This document shows, piece after piece, positions 1-10,972 of a stretch of DNA of 17,786 bases. Position 1 is the first letter of the stretch. Each line of letters starts with the position of its first letter. A program made the translations under genes and the position numbers. Source of the stretch: Ginkgo biloba (lineage: Eukaryota > Plantae > Ginkgophyta); NCBI GenBank assembly GCA_024626585.2, contig JANKJI020000004.1, forward strand, positions 4,397,878 through 4,415,663, read 5' to 3'. Under the pieces are notes generated by a model, which was given only the letters and a program-made list of their open reading frames with translations, was not told where the DNA came from and searched no databases.

Positions 1-539
1 TGATGCCCAGTCTTGCTAGTCTGCATGGTGGCCTGAGTTGAGGAAGTAGGCGTGCAATGGTGGTGCACTATAGACCATAAGCAAATTTTCAAGCATTGTT
101 AGGCTCTATAGGACTAACTCTAGTTTGAACACTATCTTCAATAGTTGCCAATGTGATCACCACCACTACTAAACTCTAGTAGTGGCTTCTAGTACTAGTT
201 TTTCTCAGAATTGAGCTCAACGCTTGCTTCTCTTCATTGGGGGAGGGGTGAGGGTGAGATGTTAGTAGGAGCTTTGATGTAATGATGTATCGCTTGTTAT
301 CCGGGTTGGATCTAATGAAGAAGGATTGTTATCAGTGTCAATCTTCATGGTGGTAGGGAGTTGATAATTGCATAAAGAAGCCACCTTATAAGGTGCCCAA
401 CGCAAGTATTTTAGGTTGTCTGAATGGTTCAAGTGATAACAGTAAGAAATCGGTGAGAATAGTGAGTCGATTAAACAACAAGACAGTTGGATGGCTAAAA
501 AACTAGTTCGTGAAGTTACAAAGGATTTCTATGCAAATC

Positions 540-911
540 CATGCATTTTTAGAGCTTGAAACTTGCATATTCGAAAAGTAGACGTCNNNNNNNNNNNNNN
601 GTTTCGAAAAACAGAGTTTGTATGCGAAAGTCATGGCCTCGAGAAGTTGGCCTATAAAATTGCCAAAAATGCAAAGTCGAGCGAAAAAGCAATATTGCGA
701 AGTCGCGAGAAAATTCACTATCGCAAGAAAATGCAAAGTCGCAAGAAATTGCCGTCGCGAGAAAATGCAAAATCGCGAGAAACTTCCGTTGCGAGGAAAT
801 GCAAAAATTGCGAGAAACTTTCGTTGCGAGAAAATGCAAAATTGTGAGATTGCGTGAAATACAAAAAAATGTCGAAATGAAAAAGGAACGACGACCTTTT
901 TTGAAGTTGAA
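540..911. mobile_element. Probable terminal/subterminal region of a DNA transposon (MULE- or CACTA-like; not resolved)
   Basis: The motif gtttcgaaaaacagagtttgtatgcgaaagtcatggcc plus the repeat array resembles long-TIR plant DNA transposon ends; abrupt switch to AT-rich DNA after ...ttttttgaagttgaac (~911). The partner end is not in the window. Confidence 0.35.
705..849. repeat. Dimeric tandem repeat: alternating ~18-bp (gcgagaaaatgcaaaatc) and 16-bp (gcgagaaacttccgtt) units, ~34-bp period
   Basis: Units at 723, 741, 757, 775, 791, 810, 826; TCGCGA/TTGCGA junctions; CpGs retained. Confidence 0.9.
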
Positions 912-974
912 CAAACAATTATAATAACTAAAGGAGTAGTTATTCAAACAAATATAAAAGCTCTTGAAAGCTCA

Positions 975-1025
975 TTTTTGAGGGACTTTTGGGAGGCCTT
1001 TTGGGGGATCTTTTTGGGAGACTTT
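975..1025. repeat. Four 12-13-bp direct repeats ttttg(g/a)g(g/a)g..c
   Basis: tttttgagggac ttttgggaggcc ttttgggggatc tttttgggagac. Confidence 0.7.
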
Positions 1026-1147
1026 AAAAGTTCTTTTTGAAAAATGANNNNNNNNNNNNNNNNNNNNNNNNNNNNNNNNNNNNNNNNNNNNNNNNNNNNN
1101 NNNNNNNNNNNNNNNNNNNNNNNNNNNNNNNNNNNNNNNNNNNNNNN

Positions 1148-2161
1148 GGACACCATAGAGGGCGTCGAAATACAAAGAGGAAAAAAAACAACTATGCCTG
1201 CTCCTGGAAACCAAGGCATTTGACCTCAACAATAAGCACCCTAGAGACGAGGTACTTCTCTTAGGGTCACAAGACAAGAAGCTGCCACGCATGGCAAAAC
1301 ATAAACCTAACACCGCCTCCAAAAACACGGTAATAGTCAAACCCTAGCCAAGCACCGCGTAGGGAGCCAAAGCATAGGCCAAACAACTAAGAAAAACCAA
1401 AAACATCAAAACATAGCAGGCCAGAAAAAACCACTGTCCAAATGGATTTGAGCTGCTACTGTTGCACGCCACATAACCACGGGTTTCAAACCCTGTTGAA
1501 GAGCGAACAGGTTGTTGTTGGTGAGTAGGCAACAATTGAACACACAACATTGCCCCGAGCTTTACAAACCGCCAACGAGCTGCCTTATCTTCCACACCGT
1601 TGGGACTTTGAAACATCAAGCTGGAGCCATGGCCGTTGAGAGTGGGGGCGTCACGAGCCACACCATTACCAACACAATCAACAAAACAAGCCAAAGATGG
1701 TTGTAGCAGAGAGACAACATCCCACATATATCCAACCTGTCGGTAGCAAGTCGAACATAGCACTCTCGAGCATAGAATCATGCAAGCACTTTTGAGATGC
1801 ATGTTTACAAATGAAATGGCCACTGGTAGTCGCCACAGGCAAGAACCAAAGAATCTCGAGATACTTGCAATGAAATAGGGAAGCCTGCAACACACCAAAA
1901 AATTGAGCTTGAGATGGACTAAACACTCCACAGGAAGCCACCGGTGAACCAAAGCAAGAGGCCCGAGCATGAAACACAATGGTAAATTTCCAAGCAATCT
2001 TCCACAAGCGCTTGCCTCCATTCATGAAAAAAAAGCCTCCCTCTGTGCGCTCAACCAAATGGCTACTCTTGGTAGTCCATCTAAACCCAAGATAGGTTAC
2101 AAGTAGACAGACAAATCCTTCGTGCTAGAGTGCAGAGATGCCCCTTTGTCCTCCATTAGAA
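1148..2161. repeat. Gap-bounded, GC-richer, CpG-retaining segment, probably part of a young interspersed repeat (family unidentified)
   Basis: Strong C/A skew on +, many intact CpGs, flanked by two 100-N gaps; the 225-aa minus-strand ORF has no recognisable motif. Confidence 0.35.
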
Positions 2162-2359
2162 NNNNNNNNNNNNNNNNNNNNNNNNNNNNNNNNNNNNNNN
2201 NNNNNNNNNNNNNNNNNNNNNNNNNNNNNNNNNNNNNNNNNNNNNNNNNNNNNNNNNNNNNCGGCAATAATCACCCCATCTGGCTCCTTAACATTTATTG
2301 CTATGACTAACATTCAATACTACTACTAATATTAAGTGTTAAAATAAATATTATATCCT

Positions 2360-2521
2360 AACATTATTGATCTTGCAATTGTTAGGTTCTTTTATGCATT
2401 TCGAATCCCATTTAATATGGCTCGATTGCCATACTTTGAACAAATGATTCGTGTAATCAATATTGGGCTAAAAGGATATGACCTAAATAGATGGTTCATG
2501 CAAGCAATAATGGGCCAAGAA
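2360..2521 (+). mobile_element. hAT-superfamily transposase fragment (region at/just before DUF659)
   Basis: NIIDLAIVRFFYAFRIPFNMARLPYFEQMIRVINIGLKGY matches the plant hAT pattern A.ARFFYA.GIPFN.A.SPYF..M......GY; followed by a local duplicate MVHASNNGPR. Confidence 0.75.
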
Positions 2522-4222
2522 TGATTTGGAACCTTACAAGTAGTTGATACTGTAGCTCTTGCTAATGGTTTTGCATATGAAAAATAATGAATGTAAATGT
2601 ACAACGTGTAGCGAGTTGCTCCCTTTGATGTGGTGTGGAACATGAGCCAACAAAGTTCTATATCATGTGGGTTTTGAATGTCATGCAGACTGTAATTTCA
2701 GTTTAATTTCTAACTTCTTAGTTTGGTTGGTACTCCATGAAGGGAAATCTTTTCCAATGTGACAGCCATTGGTGTGCATATATGGCATCCATTACAACAG
2801 CCTCCAGGAATCAACTACTACAAAAAATGAATTTTGTCGTATTGTAGATTTTTAGCTTGTAGAGTTGTTAATGAAAGTTACATTTATGGGTTTGGAGACC
2901 ATATCAATAAAGATTTAGCCAATTGTAAGGTTAGGCCATGGCATTGTACACTTTATTACTAGCTAGCATCTTTGGTGAAGAAGATTTATGTGAATTTTGT
3001 ATATTGATAGCGAGTTTCCTTGATGGAAGGGCAAGGGTCTTGATTGTTCTAGGGTTGTTCTAAGCGCCAATAGTCCTCCCTTGGCAAATATACTTTAGAA
3101 GTGGGCTGTAAGTTTTGAACTGAGGCATCATACTTTCGTTTACTAAGTGAAAGAATGTAGTGAAGAGCCTTCAGGTTGGCATGACAACCATATCAGGAAA
3201 CAATACACTAACTTGCTTCCAAAAGGGGAGGTGTTGACTGTGATTTGGTCTTTATAGAAGTAGGGTTAGCATGATCAATGTGTTACCACTGAGTCCTAAC
3301 AGCAAAGTCGTTGCTCNNNNNNNNNNNNNNNNNNNNNNNNNNNNNNNNNNNNNNNNNNNNNNNNNNNNNNNNNNNNNNNNNNNNNNNNNNNNNNNNNNNN
3401 NNNNNNNNNNNNNNNNAGAGCTGACACTTATTCCATTAAAGGGGGAAACGTTAGGAAATGTTAAGAAATATTAAGAATTATTAGAAATGTAATGTAACAA
3501 GTGTCACATTTGTATTATATGACATATATTAGATTTGAGGGATATTTTAATATTTTAATGTATTAATTAAGTATGAAATTACGTGTCAAGTAGTTATGGA
3601 TTGGTTGATATTCCATATGTAAATAAAGGCCCATTAGTTCATCTCTTTTTTGATTTTAAGTGTGTAATAGATTGTCATTCTGGCATAATATAATTACCAT
3701 ATTCATGCCCATTATTTCTTTATTTGAAGAGCGAAGCACCCTACTTCTTCCAAAGTCCTATGTAATCCTACACCTCTCTTTTAAAAATGACTTCTCTATC
3801 CAAGTCCTTTTGGAAGTTGTGCAAGATTTCTTTGTTCACACAATTTACCACCCCAAGCCCTTTTGGGCATAAGGATTTTAAAATGAATGAGTGGTTCAAT
3901 TAAGAATGCAAATCCCTTTATTGATCTCTCAAATACAACATTGCCAAAATCTAGGTAAAGGATAATTATAGAGAGTATTGTTGTCTTCTTAAATAAAAGA
4001 AACATCATTTTCTTTGTTTTAATAAGGGATGAGATCATCCATGCACTAAAATCTTCACCAAAATCTTTTTGGAGAACTCTTTTTATTGGAATCTCCTTGT
4101 TACAATCATAAACCCTAATGTTTGGACCTCCCAAGCTTCATCTCTATAATATGTTCCTAATAAAGTCCCTGTCCAACTCCCCCCTAAATGTAATAAATAA
4201 ATAAACCATNNNNNNNNNNNNN

Positions 4223-6687
4223 AAAATCTATTATTAAACTAAATAGTAGCAATGTAGGTGGCATTAAAGGCCTTTAATGAGAGTTCTTAAAGCATGGCAT
4301 ATGCCTTATTGTGCATCCGATCAATAGCCTATTTAATGTCATAGTTTTCTCAGGCTTGTCCCCTTCTTGGGTCCAACATATCATCCATCTTATGTGTAAA
4401 TTAGGTTAGGTAACTACAAAACTATTATGATGGGTCACACTTTGTCCAAATCATATGCCATGGCTATTAATATATTCCTTTTAGAGTGGTTGGAGAATGT
4501 AGGCTCTAAGGATGGGTTAGGTGTGCTCCCACTATGATTATCACACAACTGACTATATTCTTACTCTCAGGGATATTATTGAGGAGGCTAGGCATTTGTC
4601 TTCCAAAGTCTGTTGCTGTTTTGTAGATTTTCAAAAGGCCTTTCATATACTTTTTAGGCACCTTCCCTAGAGAGGCTTCGTGCGTTTGGGATCTTAGAGA
4701 CCATTATTGGCTTTTGGAGATAGTGATTGGTCAACTACTTACCTCCTAGGAGTTCTCTAAGGATGTTTGGAGTACTATCAAGGTTAAATAGGGGTGCTCT
4801 CTTTCTCTTACACCTTTTTCACTCTATATCATTTAGCTTGAGAAACATCTTGGAGAGACCACCTACATTGATGGTGGTAGTATATTGCACCATGTCCTGA
4901 TATCTGTTCTCCTCTTTGTAGGTGACATTGTACTTAGATATTCCACCCCAAAGGGGTTGCAAACATAGTTGGATTCCCTTGCTTCCTTTGTGACTTTACA
5001 GGCGTCTAGAAGGCAACTTTAGTAAGACCACGGTTATGCTTGTCAATATGAGAAAACACCCTCTTTAGAATTTTATTACTTTTAAAGGGTGGGTGGTGGA
5101 TGTTACTACATCCTACTCTTATTACGACTCTAGTTTATAGGGCCTTCTCTTAGCTTGAAACCAAGGGATATGCCTCTCTCATAGTCTTGGAGACACGGTG
5201 TTTACAACTCCATTTTTAGGACATTGAATCCAAGATGCAACTTTTTGATGCTATTGTTACACTTATGATGCTTTATGGATTTTAGGTTTGGGGCATGAGC
5301 CTTGGGCATGTGTAGTGGACTCATTTTAAGAGGGAATGGGATATCATGGTCAATGAATCACATGTTGTAAGCATACTATCCTATACTTTGTCATTTGTCC
5401 CTAATTTAATGTTTGTTCTCTATACTTTAAGATAATATGCAATACTATATATCTTATCTCCGTAAGACCCATTGTATGGAAGACATTGTGTGGGAGGGGT
5501 AGATATCTGGAGCTAATTTTTTATTCATCTAAGAGGTTGGTATATTTTGATCATTCTACTCGAAGATGGGCTAGTAATAAAATATTTTGGGACTTTTATA
5601 TACCTTGGGAATCTCTATAAATCATTTACCTTGGCTCAGAATCTCCTTTGATGCTCCACATCTATTACTTCCTATGAAGGAGGAGATTAATGGAGCCATC
5701 AAAGACAACATTTATCAGAGGTTTATGATCATGTGGATTTCTCCCTGTAGCCTTTTAGTTCTAATCTTTCCCTCTATGCTCAACATTCCCTCACATTTCA
5801 GGTAGGGTCATTACCTTAGGTGGCATTGTCCTCATGGGTCTAGGTTTTCACTTGGCCAAATCCAATTTTATTCACATCAACTTATAATTTTGACATTATA
5901 GGCAAGGATTAACATATTTGTAGGCTTTGCTCTTTTTAGTTTAAGACAAAGCAACATTTTATCTTTAGATGCGTAATCTATTACAAGATTAAAGGGAAAT
6001 GCTATTGCTTATTCATGACTTTTGAGGGGTCCTTGTCTACTTTGTTCATATATGAGAACTAGAGATGCTTGGCCTTATTTATCATGGATTTTTACATTTT
6101 CAAACTATAGTTGAGAGGCAGATTGAGGATAGATAAATGCGCTACTTCCTTCTTCTAGCCTATTCCCAAGGTTGCAAGTCAAAAGCACCTCCTAGATAGA
6201 GCCAATAACTATAGCATTGCTCACAAATCCATGACGCATTGCTCCTTATCTTAGCATATTAGACAACTTGAACATGCATCCAATAGAGATTCCTACATAT
6301 ATTACTCTTCATCTCAATCTATTAAGCATTTGATCTAGGCATCCAATAGGATCTCTTAGAGGATTTATAGATCAATAACCTCTAGGTGCATCGTAGTGTT
6401 ATCCACTTTTTGTTTCTATGAGGGGGACTTTGACTTTAGGTGGTACGAGAGATACCTCTTTTTCTTCCTCATTGTTAGTTACTAGGGTGCCTTTTGGAGT
6501 CTCAAATCATAGATCCATTGTAGTAGATCTATTACTTGAGCCTTAGGTAGTAGGATATATACCTCTTTCTTCCTCTTCCTTAGTTATTAGGTTCCTCCTA
6601 GAGTCTCACAATTAAGCTCTATTTTAACACATTTACTACTTGAGGATATCCTTAAATAGGTCATAGGGTAGTTCATAGGCATTAGTG
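4223..6687 (+). mobile_element. Degenerate non-LTR retrotransposon (RTE/RTEX-like LINE): ORF2 reverse transcriptase + C-terminal CCHC, then 3' region; visible 5' limit is the gap at 4210-4222
   Basis: Plus-strand translations with stops and frameshifts give ordered RT motifs: NYKTIMMGHTLSKSYA (~4412); TDYILTLRDIIEEARHLSSKVCCCFVDFQKAF (4548-4643); STIKVK*GCSLSLTPFSLYI (4771, decayed QGCPLSP); ISVLLFVGDIVL (~4900-4935, decayed FADD); NFSKTTVM; LYGF*VWG (~5270); SHQL (~5872); ICRLCSF*FKTKQHFIFRC (5916-5972, C-X2-C-X8-H-X4-C). Clade assignment is by motif resemblance only. Confidence 0.88.
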
Positions 6688-6787
6688 NNNNNNNNNNNNN
6701 NNNNNNNNNNNNNNNNNNNNNNNNNNNNNNNNNNNNNNNNNNNNNNNNNNNNNNNNNNNNNNNNNNNNNNNNNNNNNNNNNNNNNNN

Positions 6788-7725
6788 AGATGCTTGGCCT
6801 TGTCTATTTGGGAGGTTTTTATTCTTCAACAACAGTGGTTGAGAGGTAGTCAAAGGACAAATAATTACATTGCTTTCTTCTTTGAGAGTAATACTAGAGT
6901 TGTAGGTTAGAAGTTTCCCCCGAACAGAGTTGATATCTCCAAAACCACCTACTAATCCATAAGACATTGTTCTTTATCTTGGTCTACTAAACAACCTCCC
7001 TTATGATCCAACAAGAATTCCAAGAGATACTACTCATAGTCTCGATCTACTAGGCAACCAACCTAGGTAATTAATAGAACCTCCCGAAGGATTTCTAGAT
7101 CGATAGCTTCTACCTATGGTAGTATAACTTGCTTTTTTATCATAATGAGGGGGACCACATGTTTGGNNNNNNNNNNNNNNNNNNNNNNNTCCTCCTCAAT
7201 TACCAATGTGCCTCTTAGAGACTTGGAATAGAGCTCCATTGTAATAGATTTATTATCAAATGATATCCTTTAATAGGTGATCTTGGGATAATTTACAGTT
7301 GTTGATGGAGATAGTGCCTCATGATGCTCTTCAACCTTCGTCTCCTTGCCCCTCTAGATCCTAGACATATTTGGGACAATATATAGTTTGAGATGGTGCC
7401 TCACAATGCTCTTTAATTTTGGTCCTATTGGCCATTTACATGTTGTACAACTAGACGATAAATAGGCCTAGGGTAGCATATAGTTAATGGCTTGTAATTC
7501 TATAGTTGCCCCTTCTTTTGGGCCTTACCTTCTTATTGTATGCTTTTATCTCTAGATGTAGTTGTTTTCTATAGTTTACACATATTTCATGTACTTATTT
7601 TTCTCTATTTCCTTGTTTTGTTTAGGCAGGTTAGAGTGCTTTATCCATTTCCTTTGCATAATTCACATGATGTGTCAATTGTCTTTTGGCCACCTATGGG
7701 CATTAATATAATTCCTTTCTTTCCA
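6788..7725 (+). mobile_element. Second diverged copy of the same LINE's 3' end (end of ORF2, 3' UTR, probable tail)
   Basis: Colinear with 6063-6660 at ~726-bp offset: agatgcttggcctt (6063/6788), ttgagagg (6111/6839), gaggatttatagatcaata vs aaggatttctagatcgata, atgagggggac (6418/7145). Ends in aatataa + ttcctttctttcc at ~7705-7725. Confidence 0.7.
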
Positions 7726-8559
7726 TTTTTTTCTAAGGATGAACACATTTGGTTTGCATGTTCAAAATGTTTAGAAATGATCTATCTATTAATATTATTT
7801 AAACTTAATGCATTTGACAGAAATTGGTTCTTTTTGAAGAATGCAATGAAACATCAACTTATGGCATTTTATTTGAAATTGGATTTGATTGTAGATAAAG
7901 AATGAACTATTTTATAAAGCCTTTAAAGTTTCTATATATAAAAGGTTTTTTTTTGGCTAACATTCCAAGTATTAATGTGGATCTCTTGTCATCATTATTA
8001 ATTGGTGTAGCTCTATATGCATAATATAAATGTGAGAAAATGGGAGTAAGCTTATTCTAAACAATTTCACAACAAAGATTTTCCATGTTCTATAATAACA
8101 AATAAAAATTATTAACCATAATAAAATTTGTTCACATCATCCAAGAAATTAGGCTCATTCTTCTTTTGACTTGTAATATGTGGTTAACACTTTTTTCACT
8201 TACAAAAGAATTAGGAAAAATATTAAAAACAAAAGACCATTTGTAATAAATAGAAGTATCCTACTTGTAGAAGTGGTCGTGTATATTGTAGCTCATTCTA
8301 ACCTTTTACCATATGATATGCATATGAAATGGTCCATTGAATGTGGCATTGGAGATTAAACGTTGGTGGTCTATGGTGGTGCTAGCCCATTGCATATATA
8401 ATAGTTGCTTACTTTGCCTGGAGATAACACAAATATGAATAAGTGTCATCATTGACCACCCTTCACTTGTTTAGTGCACTGAAAATCTTAAAATTGCTTG
8501 TTTCTCAAAGGGAAGATGTGAGCTCTTCCTTTGAAGTAATTTGGAGAAGGCTTGTTCTT

Positions 8560-8905
8560 CTTGCCAACAAGACGTCTTAACATCATAGATTTATTTAAAC
8601 CAATCAACATATCAAAGGTAGGAAGATAATAAATAACATCACAATGTTTATAAGATCCATGCATATAAGACCAGTGAAGAGGAGGAGATAATGGTTTTAG
8701 AGATAGGCATGATAAAGAATGTTGTGAAATTGAGTGGGAATTATTTTAAGTGGCACTTGGTGTTAAGGCCATTGACTTGCATAATCTCTTTTGATTGAAT
8801 AGGTTGCTAACTACCATAAACATGGCAATTCTAGTAGATGGAAGAACCTTGGAGTGTATTACGAGGTGTCATTTAGGATTGCCCATTTTCTTCTCATGTG
8901 TTTTG
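8560..8905 (+). mobile_element. Highly decayed L1-clade LINE reverse-transcriptase fragment
   Basis: Ordered motifs across frameshifts: LANK, NQSTY/KGRKIINNI..SMH (cf. NQSAFIKGRQILDNI..MH), MVLEIGM (cf. MVLKLDM), IEWELF (cf. VEWDFL), MAILVDG (cf. FAILVNG), RGVI*DCPFSSHVF at 8862-8903 (cf. RGVRQGCPLSPYLF). Confidence 0.7.
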
Positions 8906-9284
8906 GGTTTATGAGTTCATAATCTATTATATCAATCAAGATAATCTATTTTCTTTGTCATTAATTCGCTTCAAACTTTAAAAAAGAAAGACGGTCTTAG
9001 GTTTCCTTATAAAATAGAAACATTGATATGTAAGATTGTTGTAAAGAATGAAGATAAATTGCAAGACATGAAATCTCATGCATTTGCTAAATGTTATTAT
9101 TATTGTTACCATTCCATATTGGATAAAAGTCTCTCCATTCCATCTCTTTAAAAACTTTTTGTTTTTAGAACTTTGTTTTAATAGTAAGAACTTCAAAATT
9201 GTGCTTCACAATTTTAAACTATTTTCTATATAGACTCTATCTATTCTGAATTTTCATTTAATTTTATTTCTAAGACTATATACA

Positions 9285-9972
9285 TCTATTGCTATATACT
9301 AAAAAAATTGTGTTCAATTGACCAGTTCCATCTCAATATAACAATTATAAAAGAGATATAATATTTTTCAATAATAAATGTAACTCAAATAATCTCATTT
9401 CAATGCTTTATACAAAGAAAAAAGCAAGCTTCAATTGCATCAAATAGAACGTTACAAAATGAAAACGAAAGTAGCATAATGGAAAATAATAGAAACAAGA
9501 ACGACATGATGGAATGGATAATAGAAACAAGAATGACATAATGGAATGGATAATAGAAANNNNNNNNNNNNNNNNNNNNNNNNNNNNNNNNNNNNNNNNN
9601 NNNNNNNNNNNNNNNNNNNNNNNNNNNNNNNNNNNNNNNNNNNNNNNNNNNNNNNNNNNNNNNNNNNNNNNNNNNNNNNNNNNNNNNNNNNNNNNNNNNN
9701 NNNNNNNNNNNNNNNNNNNNNNNNNNNNNNNNNNNNNNNNNNNNNNNNNNNNNNNNNNNNNNNNNNNNNNNNNNNNNNNNNNNNNNNNNNNNNNNNNNNN
9801 NNNNNNNNNNNNNNNNNNNNNNNNNNNNNNNNNNNNNNNNNNNNNNNNNNNNNNNNNNNNNNNNNNNNNNNNNNNNNNNNNNNNNNNNNNNNNNNNNNNN
9901 NNNNNNNNNNNNAAATAAAAAACAGAACAGAGATATACCCATGGCAATTATTTGCTATGGATAAAGAACAAG
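9285..9972 (+). mobile_element. Candidate non-autonomous Helitron
   Basis: 5' end A|TCTATTGCTATATACTAAAAAAA; 3' hairpin CCCATGGCAA-TTAT-TTGCTATGGA (9938-9961), 7-nt spacer, then CAAG|T (CTAG variant); inserted between A and T with no TSD; internal tandem array. The two ends are separated by a 353-N gap. Confidence 0.55.
9488..9912. repeat. 32-bp tandem repeat (aatagaaacaagaa[c/t]gacat[g/a]atggaatggat), probably continuing through the gap
   Basis: Units start at 9488, 9520 and 9552; the third runs into the 353-N gap (9560-9912). Confidence 0.8.
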
Positions 9973-10972
9973 TACTATCTATGAAAAAGCCATTAAAATA
10001 AAAAATCTAACGGGTCTTATATTTTAAATCTCTATTTTAAGAACGACTTAAGAAAAAAATATTTTATACGTTTTAATTTTTTTAAAGTTAAAATTATAGA
10101 CATTAATTCTATTTTTGATTAATATATTTAATTATTCGTATTTTCATCATTACACCTTTTATATTATATCTTTAATGTGAAAAAAATTCAATTACAATAG
10201 GAACTCGCCAATACATAGCTTTTGTTTGGTTGATGATGATCCTTAATATAAACTTCAAAAAAGAAAAAGAGAAAGAAGTAAACGAAACACCTTTATTGTA
10301 ACCTGGCTTTAAACATGTGAGCAACACCAAGACATCCATGCCTTGTCCAACGTGGCTCTGCACACCTACATTAACCCCAACAAAACAACAACTCATCTTA
10401 ACTCGGTTCTTTCTGGTCGTCCATTGTATGTTATAAATATAATAAATATTCTGCCTTACACAGCTCAGAGTAAAAATCATTAATAAGGTATTTCAGTTGA
10501 TGTTTATATTAAAAAAATGCATTTCTAATTTGCAGACGTGAGCAAAATATAGCATAATATATGTCGAATTACTCAAAACTATATGGTTGGGATTGTAGGG
10601 TACGCCCAAAATGGAGATGAATGATGTGCGATTAAGATACTTTTATCAGGTTACGTAAGTTGTCGATTCATAACCAATTTTTGGGAATATACTGAGCTTT
10701 TGATAAACTATTTCAGAGAGATTGTGAATCCCAATTTTTTTTTGGCAAATGTAGTCCCCAATTGAATCCACGTCCATATAAACTTTCATATTTTTAACAT
10801 TTGTATTGAACCATGTATTGGAAATTTGAAAAGTAGAGTAGTTTAAACGTTGTTTTACTCCGTAACCAATCCAGCAATCAATCTCATCTATCATACAAGG
10901 GTGGGATTGCCCCCACACCCACACAGAAAATAACACCAAATTTAAGTCGTGACAAAGAAAGTGAAGGCAAAT

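Noticed and set aside
503-947. Cluster of overlapping ORFs on both strands
   Set aside because: By-product of a stop-poor tandem repeat; the translations are periodic with no domain
1481-1511. Shared words gcgaacagg and gggttt..accct with 16281-16310
   Set aside because: The order of the words differs and the two regions have opposite strand skew; too short to show homology
3660-4205. 112-aa minus-strand ORF / possible LINE ORF1 remnant
   Set aside because: No convincing motif in any frame, and it is opposite in orientation to the adjacent LINE; left unannotated
7540-7905. 121-aa hydrophobic ORF
   Set aside because: T-rich LINE 3' UTR/flank translating as F/L/I; no gene structure
9488-9912. 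32-bp repeats (and the 34-bp and 48-bp arrays elsewhere) as a CRISPR array
   Set aside because: Units are head-to-tail with no unique spacers, there are no cas genes, and the DNA is eukaryotic (spliceosomal introns)
9400-10001. 134-180 aa ORFs (and other X-containing ORFs in the track)
   Set aside because: Open only because they run through N-gaps
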